From Candidatus Latescibacterota bacterium (lineage in GTDB: Bacteria > Latescibacterota > UBA2968 > UBA8231): a stretch of DNA of 64,000 nt. The stretch covers positions 8,240-72,239 of the forward strand of contig JAYZFI010000031.1 of the NCBI GenBank assembly GCA_036336855.1, in the 5' to 3' direction. The stretch's first letter is position 1. Each line of letters starts with the position of its first letter. The position numbers and the translations under genes are program-made. Under the pieces are notes generated by a model. It saw nothing but the letters and a program-made list of their open reading frames with translations, did not search any database and was not told where the DNA came from. Below are positions 10,216 to 22,791 of this stretch, in pieces.

Positions 10216-11385
10216 ATGGCGAAGGTTATGAGTCTGCGTTATGGCGTCGTGGCGGATGGTAGCCTTCGCATCGCCCACGAGAAGGGCGAGGTCAAGGATC
10301 GTTACTGGAATCCCGGTCACATCTTCGATGAAGTGCACGTCATCACACTTGCTGATGATGATGTTACAGTCGAACTCGTGCAAAGGGTTGCCGGTCAGGC
10401 AAAGCTGGTCATCCACCCGGTGGGAAGGCCAAGAGTGTCCAATCCTTTGGCGCTGCGCAGGCGCGTGCTCGATGTCTTCACGCGATGTCAGCCACACGTG
10501 ATTCGAGGACATGGCCCGTTTCTCCAGGGCTACTATGCCGTGTGGGCGGCTCGCCAATTGGGCATCCCTTCCTACGCGTCCATCCATGATGATGTCAGCA
10601 TCTATCGTCGCTTCTGGACTTACGGACAGGGCTATGCCAAGATCACGCTCTATCAGCTGACCATGAAGGCTCTCGGCTGGGAGCGTTATGTCTACGCCAA
10701 CGCCGACTGTCTTGTCCCCAAGTACGAAGCAGCCGCGAGACTAATTCGTGGGACGCGACATCGAGACAAAGTGCGGGTCATATACAACCAGATTTTCCTC
10801 GATCGTTTCCAGGATCAGCGACCCCGACTGAAAGAGGGCGATCGACTGCGGATCATCAATGTAGGGCGGCAGTTCGCTGGAAAAGATCAACGTCCGCTGA
10901 TTCGATCCTTGGCCCACGTTGATGCTGAACTGACTCTGGTCGGACGGGGTCCTTTCCGAGAGGCCTATGCCAAGACCGCCCGGAAAGCTGGTGTGCAGGA
11001 CGGTGTAACGTTCATCGACCGGGTCGCCAATGCTGATCTACCCAAAGTCTTCGAGGGGCATCACGTTTTTGCGATCAATATCATCCAACCGGGCGTGTGC
11101 ATGCCTGTTCTAGAAGCCATGGCGTTGGGATACCCGATCGTCATCAACGAGCCTCGGTGGGGTGGGTCGCCGGAAGTCTGTGGTGGGTGTGCTGATGTCG
11201 TTCCAGGCACCCCTGCGGGATTCGCCACCGCCCTCTCTCGTTTCCTGGCCGATCCCGACCGGGTTGCCGACCAAGGCCGGCGTTCGAGGGAAGTGATCCC
11301 TGCCTACAGTGGTGAGGCGATGGAAAAGAAGGAGCGCGACTTGATCTTGGAGATGCTCAGCGAGCACCGGGTCGACGGGGCATAG
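10216..11385 (+). CDS. Glycosyltransferase family 4-like (GT-B fold)
   Basis: 389 aa. The C-terminal half has a GT1/GT4-like pattern (VGRQFAGKDQRPLI..., VFAINIIQPGVCMPVLEAMALGYPIV with the E-x7-E-like region). An alternative ATG lies 4 codons downstream. Confidence 0.65.
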   Translation: MAKVMSLRYGVVADGSLRIAHEKGEVKDRYWNPGHIFDEVHVITLADDDVTVELVQRVAGQAKLVIHPVGRPRVSNPLALRRRVLDVFTRCQPHVIRGHGPFLQGYYAVWAARQLGIPSYASIHDDVSIYRRFWTYGQGYAKITLYQLTMKALGWERYVYANADCLVPKYEAAARLIRGTRHRDKVRVIYNQIFLDRFQDQRPRLKEGDRLRIINVGRQFAGKDQRPLIRSLAHVDAELTLVGRGPFREAYAKTARKAGVQDGVTFIDRVANADLPKVFEGHHVFAINIIQPGVCMPVLEAMALGYPIVINEPRWGGSPEVCGGCADVVPGTPAGFATALSRFLADPDRVADQGRRSREVIPAYSGEAMEKKERDLILEMLSEHRVDGA

Positions 11386-11600
11386 AAACCGCTGGCAGCC
11401 CCGGTTTGACCCAACGTCTCTCGCGGTTGCCGAGACGACAGGCCGACCGTGGCCTCACGTCGCAAGCCAGCCATCAGCTACTCCAATCGGGGCACCTATT
11501 TTCCCCCTCGATCCAGATTCAACGTGACCGCTGACCACGACGTGTTGGCATTGATTGTTCCTCCGAGTCCTTTCCTGACAAAACGGAAACATATAGAGAA

Positions 11601-12695
11601 TCAGGCTTGCCCCGTGTCCCCTCTATGTAGTTGATGCGTCAGGAACAACCCGTTTCCCAGCAGCAGAAATGCGCCGGCCTGATGGGCGACGGCGGCCCAC
11701 ACCGGGACATGGAGGGTCACGGTGAGCGCGCCAAGGGCGAACTGCAGCAACACGCTACCGCCCAGCACGCTACCGGTAGCCCGTAGGCGGCTACCCGGTG
11801 ACGCCTGCCGGCGTACGCGCAGAACTAGCGCCACAGCCATGCCGACGACGATCCAGGCGAGAAACCTGTGCACCCAATGGATGACGAGTGGTGAGTGCAT
11901 CAGATCGTGCACGGGCGACGGACCGGTGAAAAAAACACCGGGCAGATAGTACCCGTTCATGTCCGGGAAAGTCGCGAACAGGACACCGCCACGGGTTCCC
12001 GCAACGAAAGCGCCGTAGATGATCTGCAGGGCCAGCAGGGCGATGAACTTGTGGGCCAGCCGACGCAGTTCGAGGACATGGACGCTCATCAGTGGCGACC
12101 CTCCGGCATGCTTTCCGCAGTGCAGGTCGAGGATCAGCCACAGCACCCACCCGCCGACCAGGAAGGCCAGCGAGAGGTGGGCGGCCAAGCGGAAGTGGCT
12201 CACTTCAGGCACCCCTGCCAGCCCGCTCTTCACCATGTACCATCCGAGCAAGCCTTGCAGGCCGCCGAGAAGAAAAGCCAGGAAGGTGCGCATCGCTGTT
12301 CGATGCGACAGCCGGCGACGGGCAAGGAACCAGACCCATGGCACCAGGGCGACGACGCCAACTAGTCGTCCCAGCAGACGATGTAGGTACTCCCAGAAGA
12401 AAATGCGCTGGAACTCAGACAATCCCATCCAATGGTTGACCTGTTGGTACTGGGGAGAAGCCTGGTACTGCTCAAAGACGCGTTGCCACTCGGCTTCGGA
12501 CAACGGCGGAAGCGCTCCCATAAGAGGGCGCCACTCGACCATGGACAGCCCGGAGCCGGTGAGCCGAGTGATGCCACCCACGATGACCATGAGATAGATG
12601 GCAGCCAGTACGATCCACAGCCATCGACGCACCGGGGCGCCGTCTCTTTGATGCACGACCGAATGGCCAGAGGCGGAAATAGCGGTGTCAGTCAT
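11601..12695 (-). CDS. ctaA: Heme A synthase (COX15/CtaA)
   Basis: The track ORF extends to 12860 and would overlap tRNA-Gln, so I trimmed to the ATG at 12695 (MTDTAISASGH...). The COX15 hallmark IVGGITRLTGSGLSMVEWRPLMG is present, with EFQRIFFWEYLHR and multiple TM His. Confidence 0.85.
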   Translation of the reverse strand: MTDTAISASGHSVVHQRDGAPVRRWLWIVLAAIYLMVIVGGITRLTGSGLSMVEWRPLMGALPPLSEAEWQRVFEQYQASPQYQQVNHWMGLSEFQRIFFWEYLHRLLGRLVGVVALVPWVWFLARRRLSHRTAMRTFLAFLLGGLQGLLGWYMVKSGLAGVPEVSHFRLAAHLSLAFLVGGWVLWLILDLHCGKHAGGSPLMSVHVLELRRLAHKFIALLALQIIYGAFVAGTRGGVLFATFPDMNGYYLPGVFFTGPSPVHDLMHSPLVIHWVHRFLAWIVVGMAVALVLRVRRQASPGSRLRATGSVLGGSVLLQFALGALTVTLHVPVWAAVAHQAGAFLLLGNGLFLTHQLHRGDTGQA

Positions 12696-12825
12696 GGTGA
12701 CTCGTTGTTGGCGTGGAAATTGCGGTTCTAGTGGGTGGCGCCACATCGGCGCCCAGAACTGAAAAAGCCCGCCTATTGGCGAGCTTGTCCAGCCGTACCC
12801 CACTGGCGTTCTGGGCTTGGTATTA

Positions 12826-12899
12826 TGGCTGCCCCCCAGGGATTCGAACCCCGATATCATGATCCAGAGTCATGTGTCCTACCATTGAACGAGGGGGCA
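12826..12899 (-). tRNA. tRNA-Gln (anticodon CTG)
   Basis: Hand-folded 74-nt cloverleaf on the minus strand: acceptor UGCCCCC/GGGGGCA, U1-A72 and G73 typical of tRNA-Gln. Anticodon loop CUCUGGA, T-loop GGTTCGAATCC, encoded CCA. Confidence 0.9.
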
Positions 12900-12951
12900 A
12901 CGATCGAGGCGGCGGCCGATATTTTCCCGACAACTCGCTCCCTATGAGTGC

Positions 12952-13043
<92 letters not shown>

Positions 13044-13064
13044 AACACCCTGCTCTGCAATGAC

Positions 13065-13151
13065 TGGCGGAGGGCGAGGGACTCGAACCCTCAAGGGTGT
13101 GAACCCGGCGGTTTTCAAGACCGCTGCCTTACCAATTAGGTCTAGCCCTCC
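13065..13151 (-). tRNA. tRNA-Ser (anticodon TGA)
   Basis: 87-nt class II tRNA on the minus strand: acceptor GGAGGGC/GCCCTCC and anticodon stem-loop GCGGT-CTTGAAA-ACCGC. Long variable arm, T-arm GAGGGTTCGAGTCCCTC, encoded CCA. One A-G mismatch in my D-stem fold. Confidence 0.8.
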
Positions 13152-13207
13152 GGGTCGAACTCACGCGCCAGCCAGCTCCCAAGATCAGGCGCTGAACCAC
13201 CAATGGA

Positions 13208-13236
13208 AAGATAGCCGACCAGGCCGGTGCGGTCAA
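13208..13236 (-). promoter_or_regulatory. Candidate sigma-70-type promoter for the tRNA cluster
   Basis: The minus strand reads TTGACC-N17-TATCTT about 55 nt upstream of the 5' end of tRNA-Ser(TGA). Same TTGACN-N17-TAnnnT layout as upstream of rpmH and rplU. Confidence 0.4.
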
Positions 13237-13300
13237 CCGGTAGACGACTCAGGCGACCGAGGCTAACTGGTTCCCCGGCAATGGTCTGCCGCCTATCTTA

Positions 13301-15775
13301 TCAGCCTTGAGTTGGGTCAAGATCGGCGGCGTTCGTCGCATCGCCTTCGTCCTCGGCCACCACGCGAGTCATATCGATAACGCGATCGTTTTCGTCGACG
13401 TTGATGACCCGTACACCCTGGGTGTTGCGGCCGATCTCGGAGATTCCACTTACAGGTACGCGGATCATGATTCCATTCTGCGTGACAATCATAACCTCGT
13501 CTTCTTCTCGAACCTGCATACAGGAAACCACTCCGCCGCTCCGTTCCGTGGTCTTGATGTCGATGACGCCCTTTCCGCCGCGACGGATCCGACGATACTC
13601 GGAGACTACGGTGCGCTTGCCATAGCCGTTCTCGCTGACCGTCAGCACCGCCCCCTCAGTGTTCATGACCACCATGTCGACAACTTCGTCGCCGTCGCGC
13701 AGGTCGATTCCTTTCACCCCAGAGGAGACCCGCCCCGCGGGGCGCACGTCCGACTCGGAAAAGCGCACTGCCATACCGTTCCGAGTGCCCAGGAGGATGT
13801 CCTGATGTTTCAGGGTCAGGGCGGCACCTATGAGATCGTCGTCGTCCCGGATTTTGAGGGCGATGATCCCGTTTCGGCGCACGTTCCCGTAGGCCGCCAG
13901 CACCGTTTTCTTAACAATGCCCTTGCGGCTGGCGGTGAACAGGTAGCGGTCGTCGGAGAACTCATCCACCGGCACCACAGCACGAATCTCGTCGCCATCG
14001 GCCAACTGGATGAGGTTCACTACGGGGCGCCCACGCGCCGTACGCTCTCCTTCAGGGATGCGGTAAACCTTAAGCCAATGGCATTGGCCGCGGGCGGTTA
14101 AGAAAAGGATGTAGGAATGGGTCGAAGCGATGAATACGCGCTCCACAAAGTCCTCATCCTTGGTCTTCATACCCGTCACCCCACGGCCACCGCGCTGTTG
14201 GGGGCGATAGGCGCTGGGCGACATGCGCTTTATGTAGCCCTCACGCGAGATCGTGACCGCCATGTCCTCGCGGGTGATCAGGTCCTCCATGTCGAACTCT
14301 TCGGCGGCGTAAACGATCTCCGTGTGCCGCTCGTCGGCGAAGCGTTCGCGGATGTCGGCGACCTCCCCCTTGAGGATGTCCATCTGCATCTGCTGCGACT
14401 CGAGAACAGCGCGCAGGTGCTCGATGGCCTGCATGAGTTCTTGGTATTCCTCCTCAATCTTCTCCCGCTCCAAACCAGTAAGCCGCTGCAGTGGCATGGC
14501 GAGGATGGCGTTGGCTTGGATCTCAGAGAGGTCGAACTCGCCCATCAGCGCAGTGCGCGCCTCGTCAGGGCTGGCGGAAGCGCGGATGAGCCGGATGACA
14601 GCATCTATATTATCGAGGGCGATGCGCAGGCCTTCGAGCACGTGGGCCCGCGCCTCGGCCTTGGCTAAGTCGAAGCGGGTGCGCCGTAATACCACCCCGT
14701 GACGGTGCTCGACGTAGCGCTCGAGCATCTGCTTGATGTTGAGCAGCTCGGGTCGCCCCTCGACGATGGCCAAAGCGTTGACGCCGAAGGTGGCCTGCAG
14801 CATGGAGTGGCTGAACAACTGATTGAGCACCACCTCAGAGTGGGCGTCGCGGCGCAGCTCGAGGACGATGCGTAGGCCATCACGGCCAGACTCGTCGCGG
14901 ATGTTGGTCACCCCCTCCACGACCTTGTTGCCCACTAAGCCCGCCATCTTCTCCAGCAGCGTCGACTTATCGACCAGGAAAGGGATCTCGGTGACGATGA
15001 TGCGCTCGCGATTGTCGCGGCTAGTCTCTACGTGGGTACGGGATCGCACGTGGATGATGCCGCGACCTGTGCGGTAGGCTTGCCGTACGCCGGACATGCC
15101 GTAGATGACTCCGCCCGTGGGAAAATCAGGGGCCTTCACATGTTCCATGAGATCGTCGATGGCGATCGTGGGATCGTCGATCAAGGCGGTGAGAGCATCG
15201 CAGATCTCGGCGACGTTGTGGGGGGGGATGCGGGTCGCCATACCCACGCCGATGCCCACCGAGCCGTTGCATAGCAGATTAGGAAATCGCGAGGGCAGAA
15301 CTGCTGGTTCTTTGCGGGTCTCGTCGTAATTGTCGACGTAGTCGACGGTATCGCGATCGAGCTCGGCGAGCATCTCTACTGTGGCGTTGCTCATACGCGC
15401 TTCCGTGTAGCGCATGGCAGCCGGGGGATAACCGTCGATGGAGCCGAAGTTGCCCTGGCCGTCGACCAGGGGGTAGCGCATACGGAAGTCCTGCGCCATG
15501 TGCACCAGCGTCGGGTAGACTATGGCTTCGCCGTGTGGGTGATAGTTACCCGAGGTGTCGCCGGCAATCTTCGCGCACTTCCGGAATCCCCGGCCCGGAG
15601 CAAGGTTGAGGTCGTCCATGGCGACCAGGATGCGACGCTGCGACGGTTTCAATCCGTCACGCACATCGGGAATGGCACGCGCCAGATTGACGCTCATGGA
15701 GTAGTCGAGGAAGGAAGCCTTGAGCTCCTCCTCCACCGCTACCGGGATGATGCGGGGGTCTCTCGATTCGGTCAT
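13301..15775 (-). CDS. gyrA: DNA gyrase subunit A
   Basis: 824 aa. N-terminus [14 protein letters not shown], and the active-site region [10 protein letters not shown] contains the catalytic Tyr. C-terminal beta-pinwheel repeats. Confidence 0.97.
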   Translation of the reverse strand: MTESRDPRIIPVAVEEELKASFLDYSMSVNLARAIPDVRDGLKPSQRRILVAMDDLNLAPGRGFRKCAKIAGDTSGNYHPHGEAIVYPTLVHMAQDFRMRYPLVDGQGNFGSIDGYPPAAMRYTEARMSNATVEMLAELDRDTVDYVDNYDETRKEPAVLPSRFPNLLCNGSVGIGVGMATRIPPHNVAEICDALTALIDDPTIAIDDLMEHVKAPDFPTGGVIYGMSGVRQAYRTGRGIIHVRSRTHVETSRDNRERIIVTEIPFLVDKSTLLEKMAGLVGNKVVEGVTNIRDESGRDGLRIVLELRRDAHSEVVLNQLFSHSMLQATFGVNALAIVEGRPELLNIKQMLERYVEHRHGVVLRRTRFDLAKAEARAHVLEGLRIALDNIDAVIRLIRASASPDEARTALMGEFDLSEIQANAILAMPLQRLTGLEREKIEEEYQELMQAIEHLRAVLESQQMQMDILKGEVADIRERFADERHTEIVYAAEEFDMEDLITREDMAVTISREGYIKRMSPSAYRPQQRGGRGVTGMKTKDEDFVERVFIASTHSYILFLTARGQCHWLKVYRIPEGERTARGRPVVNLIQLADGDEIRAVVPVDEFSDDRYLFTASRKGIVKKTVLAAYGNVRRNGIIALKIRDDDDLIGAALTLKHQDILLGTRNGMAVRFSESDVRPAGRVSSGVKGIDLRDGDEVVDMVVMNTEGAVLTVSENGYGKRTVVSEYRRIRRGGKGVIDIKTTERSGGVVSCMQVREEDEVMIVTQNGIMIRVPVSGISEIGRNTQGVRVINVDENDRVIDMTRVVAEDEGDATNAADLDPTQG

Positions 15776-15819
15776 GTCGTCGCTAGGTTGGGTTGGCGCT
15801 GGTTGTCAGTGGGCTCTTG

Positions 15820-18159
<2,340 letters not shown>

Positions 18160-18163
<4 letters not shown>

Positions 18164-19260
18164 GCCAGCTGCACCGTCTTGAAGCGCTGACCCAGCTCGT
18201 CTCGGGGCGTGCGCGCGGCGGTAAGCACAACCTGCTCAAAGTCCTCCACCAAGTGCAACAGGCACTGACAGCGATCCTGGTCGAGCTCAGAAAAGACGTC
18301 GTCGAGCAGCAGCACCGGCTGCTGGCTCGTCACCGACTCCAGGTGCCGCAGCTCGGCCATCTTCCACGACACTAGAATGCTCTTGAGTTGACCCTGAGAG
18401 CCAAAGGTATCCGCCGCCTCGCCGTCCAGGGTGAAAACGAAGGCATCGCGGTGGGGACCGCACAGCGTGTGTCCGGCCCGATCCTCGCGAGCGCGCAGCT
18501 CCTCCAGCTCGCCCTGCATTGCTTGAATCAGTTCTCCTTCGTCGGGAATCGCGCTCACCGAGTGGGGTACGAGTTGCTGTTCATAGGTCACCGAGGCGCG
18601 TTCCCGGCCGGTGCAGAAGCCCTCGTAGTGACGGGCGAATACGGGCTCGACATCGACCAGCGTCTCCAAGCGATGGCGTCGCAGTCGCGCCGACACTTGG
18701 CACAGCTGCTGGTCCCAGACGACCCGCTCGTCGCGATCGACGGGTCGGCGCTGCGCCACTTGCCGCAGGTAATGATTGCGCTGCGTGAGAATACGCGCGT
18801 AGCCTTGTAGCTCGCGCAGATAGCTGACCCGGGCCTGAGAAATGAGAATATCGAGCAGACGTCGGCGCTGCGCCGAGAACTGCAGCACCAGGGACACATC
18901 CTCGGGTGCGAAGTGCACCGTGCGGAAGTGGCTGACTAGCTCGGAGACCCGATGCAACGGTGCTCCGTCCAGAAAAACCCGCTTTCCGTCTTCGCCGGAG
19001 TAGAAAACCCGACTCTGGCGCTGTCGTCCGCGATCTTCCCAGATACCTTCGATATCGAAGTGCTTGGCGTTGTGCGGTACGGCTTCGCAATCCTTGGAGC
19101 CTCGTATCGACTTCCCCAGTGAGAGGTATGAAATGGACTCGAGGATGTTGCTCTTGCCACGACCGTTGTCCCCCACAATGAGCGCCCCCGCCTCCCCAAA
19201 GGGGACCTCGATGCGCTCGAAGTTGCGGTAGGGACGCAGAGTGAGCTGGCGAATTCTCAC
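18160..19260 (-). CDS. recF: DNA replication and repair protein RecF
   Basis: 366 aa. Walker A GDNGRGKSNILE, SMC-like signature SQGQLKS, Walker B PVLLLDDVFSELD. Confidence 0.95.
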
Positions 19261-19288
19261 TCGCTTCAGGAGGACGCTGGCTTGCCCG

Positions 19289-20452
19289 TCAGGCGCTGGC
19301 CCGCATAGGCATCATCAGGTAGAAGTAGTCTTCCCCATCCAGCTGCTCGGCGGGCCGCACCACGGCGGCGGTGACTGAATCGCGCAAGTCGATGGTGACT
19401 TCGTCTGATCCGACCTTACGCAGGATCTCCATCAGATAGTGGGAATTGTAAGCGACATCGAGGCCCTCGCTGCTGTACTCGGCGGGGATAACCTCGCGCG
19501 CTTCGCCGCCGATCTCCTGACTCGATGCAGTGAGCTCGACCTTGCCGCTCTGCAAGCCGAGCCGCACTTGATGGGTGTACGAGCTGGAGAGGATGGAGAC
19601 ACGGCGCACGGTAGGTAGCAGCTGATCGACGGCGATAGTGAGTTGTTTGTCGTTTTCGCGGGGGATGACCTGATCGTAGTCGACATAGGGTCCCTCGATG
19701 AGTCGCGAAAACAACTGGGTGTCACCAGCCTGAAACAGCACTTGACTTTCGCCGATCACGGCCCGCGTGAGCCCATCGGCGGATTCAAGCAGTTTGAGCA
19801 GCCGTGAACAAACCTGTGGTGGCAGGATAATTTCGGCGGAGCCGTCACCAGTACCCTCACCTCCGTTCCAGTTTCGCTGGAACTTCGCCAACCGCGAGCC
19901 ATCGGTGGCAACCATAGCCATGAACTCACGCTCGATACGCCATAACACGCCGGTGAGCACGGGTCGGGTCTCGTCCCGAGAGACCGCGAAGCTCGTCTTG
20001 TCGATCATCGTCTTCAACAGTTCGCCGTCAAGGGCGGAGCCGCCGGTGAAATCAATGGTCAACCCGTCCAACAACTGAGGGATGTCGGGAAACTCGTCGG
20101 GTGGCGTTGCCGCCAGCGAGTAACGGCCTTCGCCGCTGTTGCCCTGGCCGAGCCTCCCGGATAGGGTCAGGCGTCCGTCTTCCAGCGACAGGTGAAGGTC
20201 CGCTTCCGGCCACTCTCGGGTGATCTCGGCAAGGGTACGAGCGGGAACGGTGATGCGACCCGGGATTTCCACTTTGGAGATTACCCGAGAACGGATGGAA
20301 AGATCGAGGTTGGTCGCCGATAGGGTCAGCCAATCCCCCTCCGCCTCAAGGAGAATATTCGACAGCACCGGCTGGGCCGGCTTCGAGGCGACGGCATCGA
20401 GAACTATGTTGGCACCGCGCCACAACTCATTTCGGTCTACGGTCAGCTTCAT
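19289..20452 (-). CDS. dnaN: DNA polymerase III beta sliding clamp
   Basis: Trimmed to the ATG at 20452 (MKLTVDRNEL...; track ORF starts at 20500). Typical DnaN N-terminus KPAQPVLSNILLEA and C-terminus YLMMPMR. Confidence 0.95.
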   Translation of the reverse strand: MKLTVDRNELWRGANIVLDAVASKPAQPVLSNILLEAEGDWLTLSATNLDLSIRSRVISKVEIPGRITVPARTLAEITREWPEADLHLSLEDGRLTLSGRLGQGNSGEGRYSLAATPPDEFPDIPQLLDGLTIDFTGGSALDGELLKTMIDKTSFAVSRDETRPVLTGVLWRIEREFMAMVATDGSRLAKFQRNWNGGEGTGDGSAEIILPPQVCSRLLKLLESADGLTRAVIGESQVLFQAGDTQLFSRLIEGPYVDYDQVIPRENDKQLTIAVDQLLPTVRRVSILSSSYTHQVRLGLQSGKVELTASSQEIGGEAREVIPAEYSSEGLDVAYNSHYLMEILRKVGSDEVTIDLRDSVTAAVVRPAEQLDGEDYFYLMMPMRASA

Positions 20453-20690
20453 AAAGTGCAGGCGGGCCTCTGAACGCTCACAGAGGGTCACTAAGACCAT
20501 GACCGGCCTGAGAGGTCATCGCTGGGAAATCGGTGGACGAGGGATTCAGGGGCGCTTCCGGGGCTTCTGAGCGCCTAAAGTTGTCGTCAGCGCACAAACA
20601 CACGAACAACCAATAAAGTAGGTAAATAGAGGGCCTATGTCAATCCGTCCGGGTGTCGTGATTGGACTGCATAGACGCCGGTGAAAAATT

Positions 20691-20740
20691 CATTTAGTTT
20701 AATATTAACAATATGTTATAGATTAATATATAACTTAGTT
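20691..20740. other. AT-rich block 1 (candidate DNA unwinding element)
   Basis: catttagtttaatattaacaatatgttatagattaatatataacttagtt: 7 G/C in 50 nt by my count (14% GC). Confidence 0.55.
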
Positions 20741-20771
20741 GGTGGAGTAATCAGCACGGAGTATAGGGAAG

Positions 20772-20854
20772 CTATCCACATCACAACTACACGAACTCTA
20801 ATACTAGAAAATACCTGTTCTAGGAAATTGTAGTTGTAGTAGTGGTGTGGATAG
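20772..20854. promoter_or_regulatory. Convergent DnaA-box pair with inward trinucleotide runs
   Basis: CTATCCACA at 20772-20780 (+) and its exact reverse complement TGTGGATAG at 20846-20854. The 65-bp core contains the palindrome CTAGAA-N8-TTCTAG (20804-20823). Box-proximal runs read TCA-CAA-CTA-CAC (+) and CCA-CTA-CTA-CAA-CTA-CAA (-). Confidence 0.6.
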
Positions 20855-20870
20855 GTGGAGAAGTCCATGA

Positions 20871-20940
20871 ATGAGATAAATCAGGATGTTATAAACGATT
20901 TATTAACAATTGTTTATATGAGTATTTTGAAAAATAGATC
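20871..20940. other. AT-rich block 2 (candidate DNA unwinding element)
   Basis: atgagataaatcaggatgttataaacgatttattaacaattgtttatatgagtattttgaaaaatagatc: 15 G/C in 70 nt by my count (~21% GC). Confidence 0.5.
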
Positions 20941-20951
20941 GAGTTATACCG

Positions 20952-21088
20952 CGTGGATAAAGTTCTTGGAAGACCCAACCTTTTCCACCGGTGTGAACGC
21001 AAGCCGGAGCCATGTTGTTCTGTCCACACAGTTGTCCACATCCGATCTGCACGTTATCCACAGATAATGTGGATGAAATTGTGGACAA
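20952..21088. promoter_or_regulatory. DnaA-box cluster adjacent to the dnaA 3' end
   Basis: CGTGGATAA 20952-20960; TTGTCCACA 21032-21040; perfect TTATCCACA 21054-21062; TGTGGATGA 21068-21076; TGTGGACAA 21080-21088. Also a weaker CTGTCCACA at 21020-21028. Confidence 0.8.
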
Positions 21089-21106
21089 CAATCTCCATTT
21101 ACAGAC

Positions 21107-22564
21107 TCATTGCCCTGTCAATTGCTGAATCTCCTCAGAAAGTGAGTCGACGACGTTGGCGAAGGAGGGGTCTTCGTCGCACTTCTTGTTGACGGTCTGA
21201 ACGGCATGTACCACGGTGCTGTGGTCTCGGTTGCCGAAGTGCAAGCCGATCACTTTCAGCGGCGATTTGGTGAAGCGCTTGGCCAGAAACATTGCGATCT
21301 GTCTAGGAGCCGCCACCTCCTGACGCCGGGTCTTCCCAATGAGCAGCTCGGGAGTTAGATCGAAGTGCCGGGCGACCGTCTTTTGGATTCCCTCGATGCT
21401 GACTTGAGAGGAAGACTGAGCAGAGCTGCGTTCTTGGACGATGCGGCGAGCTGCATCGAGACTCAACTCAACTTGATTCACTGCGCAGTAGGCCATGATG
21501 TGGTTGAGCGCACCTTCGAGCTCCCGGATGTTTGAGCTGATGTAATTGCCGAGGAAGTTGGCCACCTCGTCGGTGAGCTGGATTCCGTTGACCTCCGCCT
21601 TCTTCTGTAGGATGGCGATTCGGGTCTCCAGGTCTGGGGGCTCGATGCTGGTGACCAAGCCCCACTGGAAGCGCGAGACCAAACGCTCTTCCAGCCCTTC
21701 CAGCTCACCAGGCGGGCTGTCGCAGGTCATGACGATTTGCTTGCCGTTCTGGTGCAGGGTGTTGAAAGTGTGGAAAAATTCGTTCTGGGTCTGCTCGCCT
21801 CGGATGAGAAATTGAATGTCGTCGACCAGGAGCACGTCGGCGCTGCGGTAGAGGCGCTGAAATTCAGAGGACGTCTGCTGGCGCAGAGACTCAATGAAGT
21901 CGCTCATGAACTTCTCCGAGGGCACGTAAATAACGCGACGACCCGTCTCCTGCGATAACGCATGATGTCCAATGGCCTGCAACAGATGGGTCTTGCCGAG
22001 ACCGACGCCGCCGTAGATGACCAAGGGGTTGAACTGCGTCTTACCCGGAGACTTCGCCACCGCTTGGGCAGCGGCGTGGGCGAAGCGATTGCCCTCTCCG
22101 ACGATGAAGGTGGTGAAGACGTAGCGTTCGTTGAGAGGCATGTACAGCAGGGCGCCATTGCCCGACGCCTCTTCACGGTAACCGAGATCGAGAGTGCCCT
22201 GCTCCTGCTCCTGCGCCAGGGCGGCTGTGTCGGCCGCGGCCGCCGCAGCGCCAGCATCGCTATTGTTGACAGTTGCCGCCGGGGCGCCCGCTAGCGGCAG
22301 AGGCCCCGCCGCATCCTCGGCGACGGCGAAGACGACGTTCGGCTGCAGGCCGGCTTCTTCCTCCACCACGGCTTGGATGAGAGCGAGGAAATTGCTCTCA
22401 ACGAAGTGGGCGAAGTAGGCGCTGCTGACTTCGATCTCGAGAGATTCGGCGTCGAACTGACGCACGGTGGTGGGACGGAACCAGGTGTTGAAGCTCTGAG
22501 CGCGGACGCGTCTCTCGATATTGAGCAGACAGCGTGCCCACAACTCCTGGATATCCTGCGACAT
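21107..22564 (-). CDS. dnaA: Chromosomal replication initiator protein DnaA
   Basis: Trimmed to the ATG at 22564 (MSQDIQELWARCL...; track ORF starts at 22660). AAA+ Walker A GGVGLGKTHLL, box VII, and a C-terminal DnaA-box-binding domain (HFGNRDHSTVVHA). Ala-rich domain II linker. Confidence 0.95.
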   Translation of the reverse strand: MSQDIQELWARCLLNIERRVRAQSFNTWFRPTTVRQFDAESLEIEVSSAYFAHFVESNFLALIQAVVEEEAGLQPNVVFAVAEDAAGPLPLAGAPAATVNNSDAGAAAAAADTAALAQEQEQGTLDLGYREEASGNGALLYMPLNERYVFTTFIVGEGNRFAHAAAQAVAKSPGKTQFNPLVIYGGVGLGKTHLLQAIGHHALSQETGRRVIYVPSEKFMSDFIESLRQQTSSEFQRLYRSADVLLVDDIQFLIRGEQTQNEFFHTFNTLHQNGKQIVMTCDSPPGELEGLEERLVSRFQWGLVTSIEPPDLETRIAILQKKAEVNGIQLTDEVANFLGNYISSNIRELEGALNHIMAYCAVNQVELSLDAARRIVQERSSAQSSSQVSIEGIQKTVARHFDLTPELLIGKTRRQEVAAPRQIAMFLAKRFTKSPLKVIGLHFGNRDHSTVVHAVQTVNKKCDEDPSFANVVDSLSEEIQQLTGQ

Positions 22565-22684
22565 GGGGGGCGACCAAGAGTAGGGAAGCGTGGGGAATTG
22601 AAGGGGCGCTAGGGTAGACAACCGGCTAGGCCGAGTCAAGGCGGAATGGACGGCGCACACGCTCTGAGGAGCGACCTATACTGA

Positions 22685-22713
22685 TTGACAGAAAAAAGAT
22701 TCCGCAATAGCTT
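22685..22713 (+). promoter_or_regulatory. Candidate sigma-70-type promoter for rpmH-rnpA-yidD-yidC
   Basis: TTGACA (22685-22690)-N17-TAGCTT (22708-22713), 79 nt upstream of the rpmH GTG. Nearly identical in layout to the rplU promoter candidate. Confidence 0.4.
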
Positions 22714-22791
22714 GTACCCTCTTATCTCGGTCTCATAGGAGCGCATGGACCGCCAGTATCTGCGCGTGCCAAAAACCAAGGCAATCCTGAA

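Larger units (their letters stand above)
20501..21106. other. Chromosomal replication origin (oriC) in the dnaA-dnaN intergenic region
   Basis: 0.6-kb non-coding spacer between dnaN and dnaA. It holds seven 9-mers within 1 mismatch of TTATCCACA and two extremely AT-rich blocks in an otherwise GC-rich window. Confidence 0.85.

Noticed and set aside
12696-12860. Upstream extension of the ctaA ORF to 12860
   Set aside because: It would overlap tRNA-Gln (12826-12899). The internal ATG at 12695 gives a normal COX15 N-terminus.
20855-21067. 70-aa ORF (MEKSMNEINQDVINDLL...) inside the dnaA-dnaN spacer
   Set aside because: It lies across the AT-rich blocks and DnaA boxes of oriC. Its composition reflects AT-rich DNA, and it has no recognisable family. 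Treated as a chance ORF within the origin.
22565-22791. A B. subtilis-style second half of oriC upstream of dnaA (dnaA-rpmH spacer)
   Set aside because: I found no 9-mer within 2 mismatches of TTATCCACA there. Only promoter-like hexamers are present: TTGACA-N17-TAGCTT toward rpmH, and a weak TTGACT-N17-TACCCT toward dnaA.
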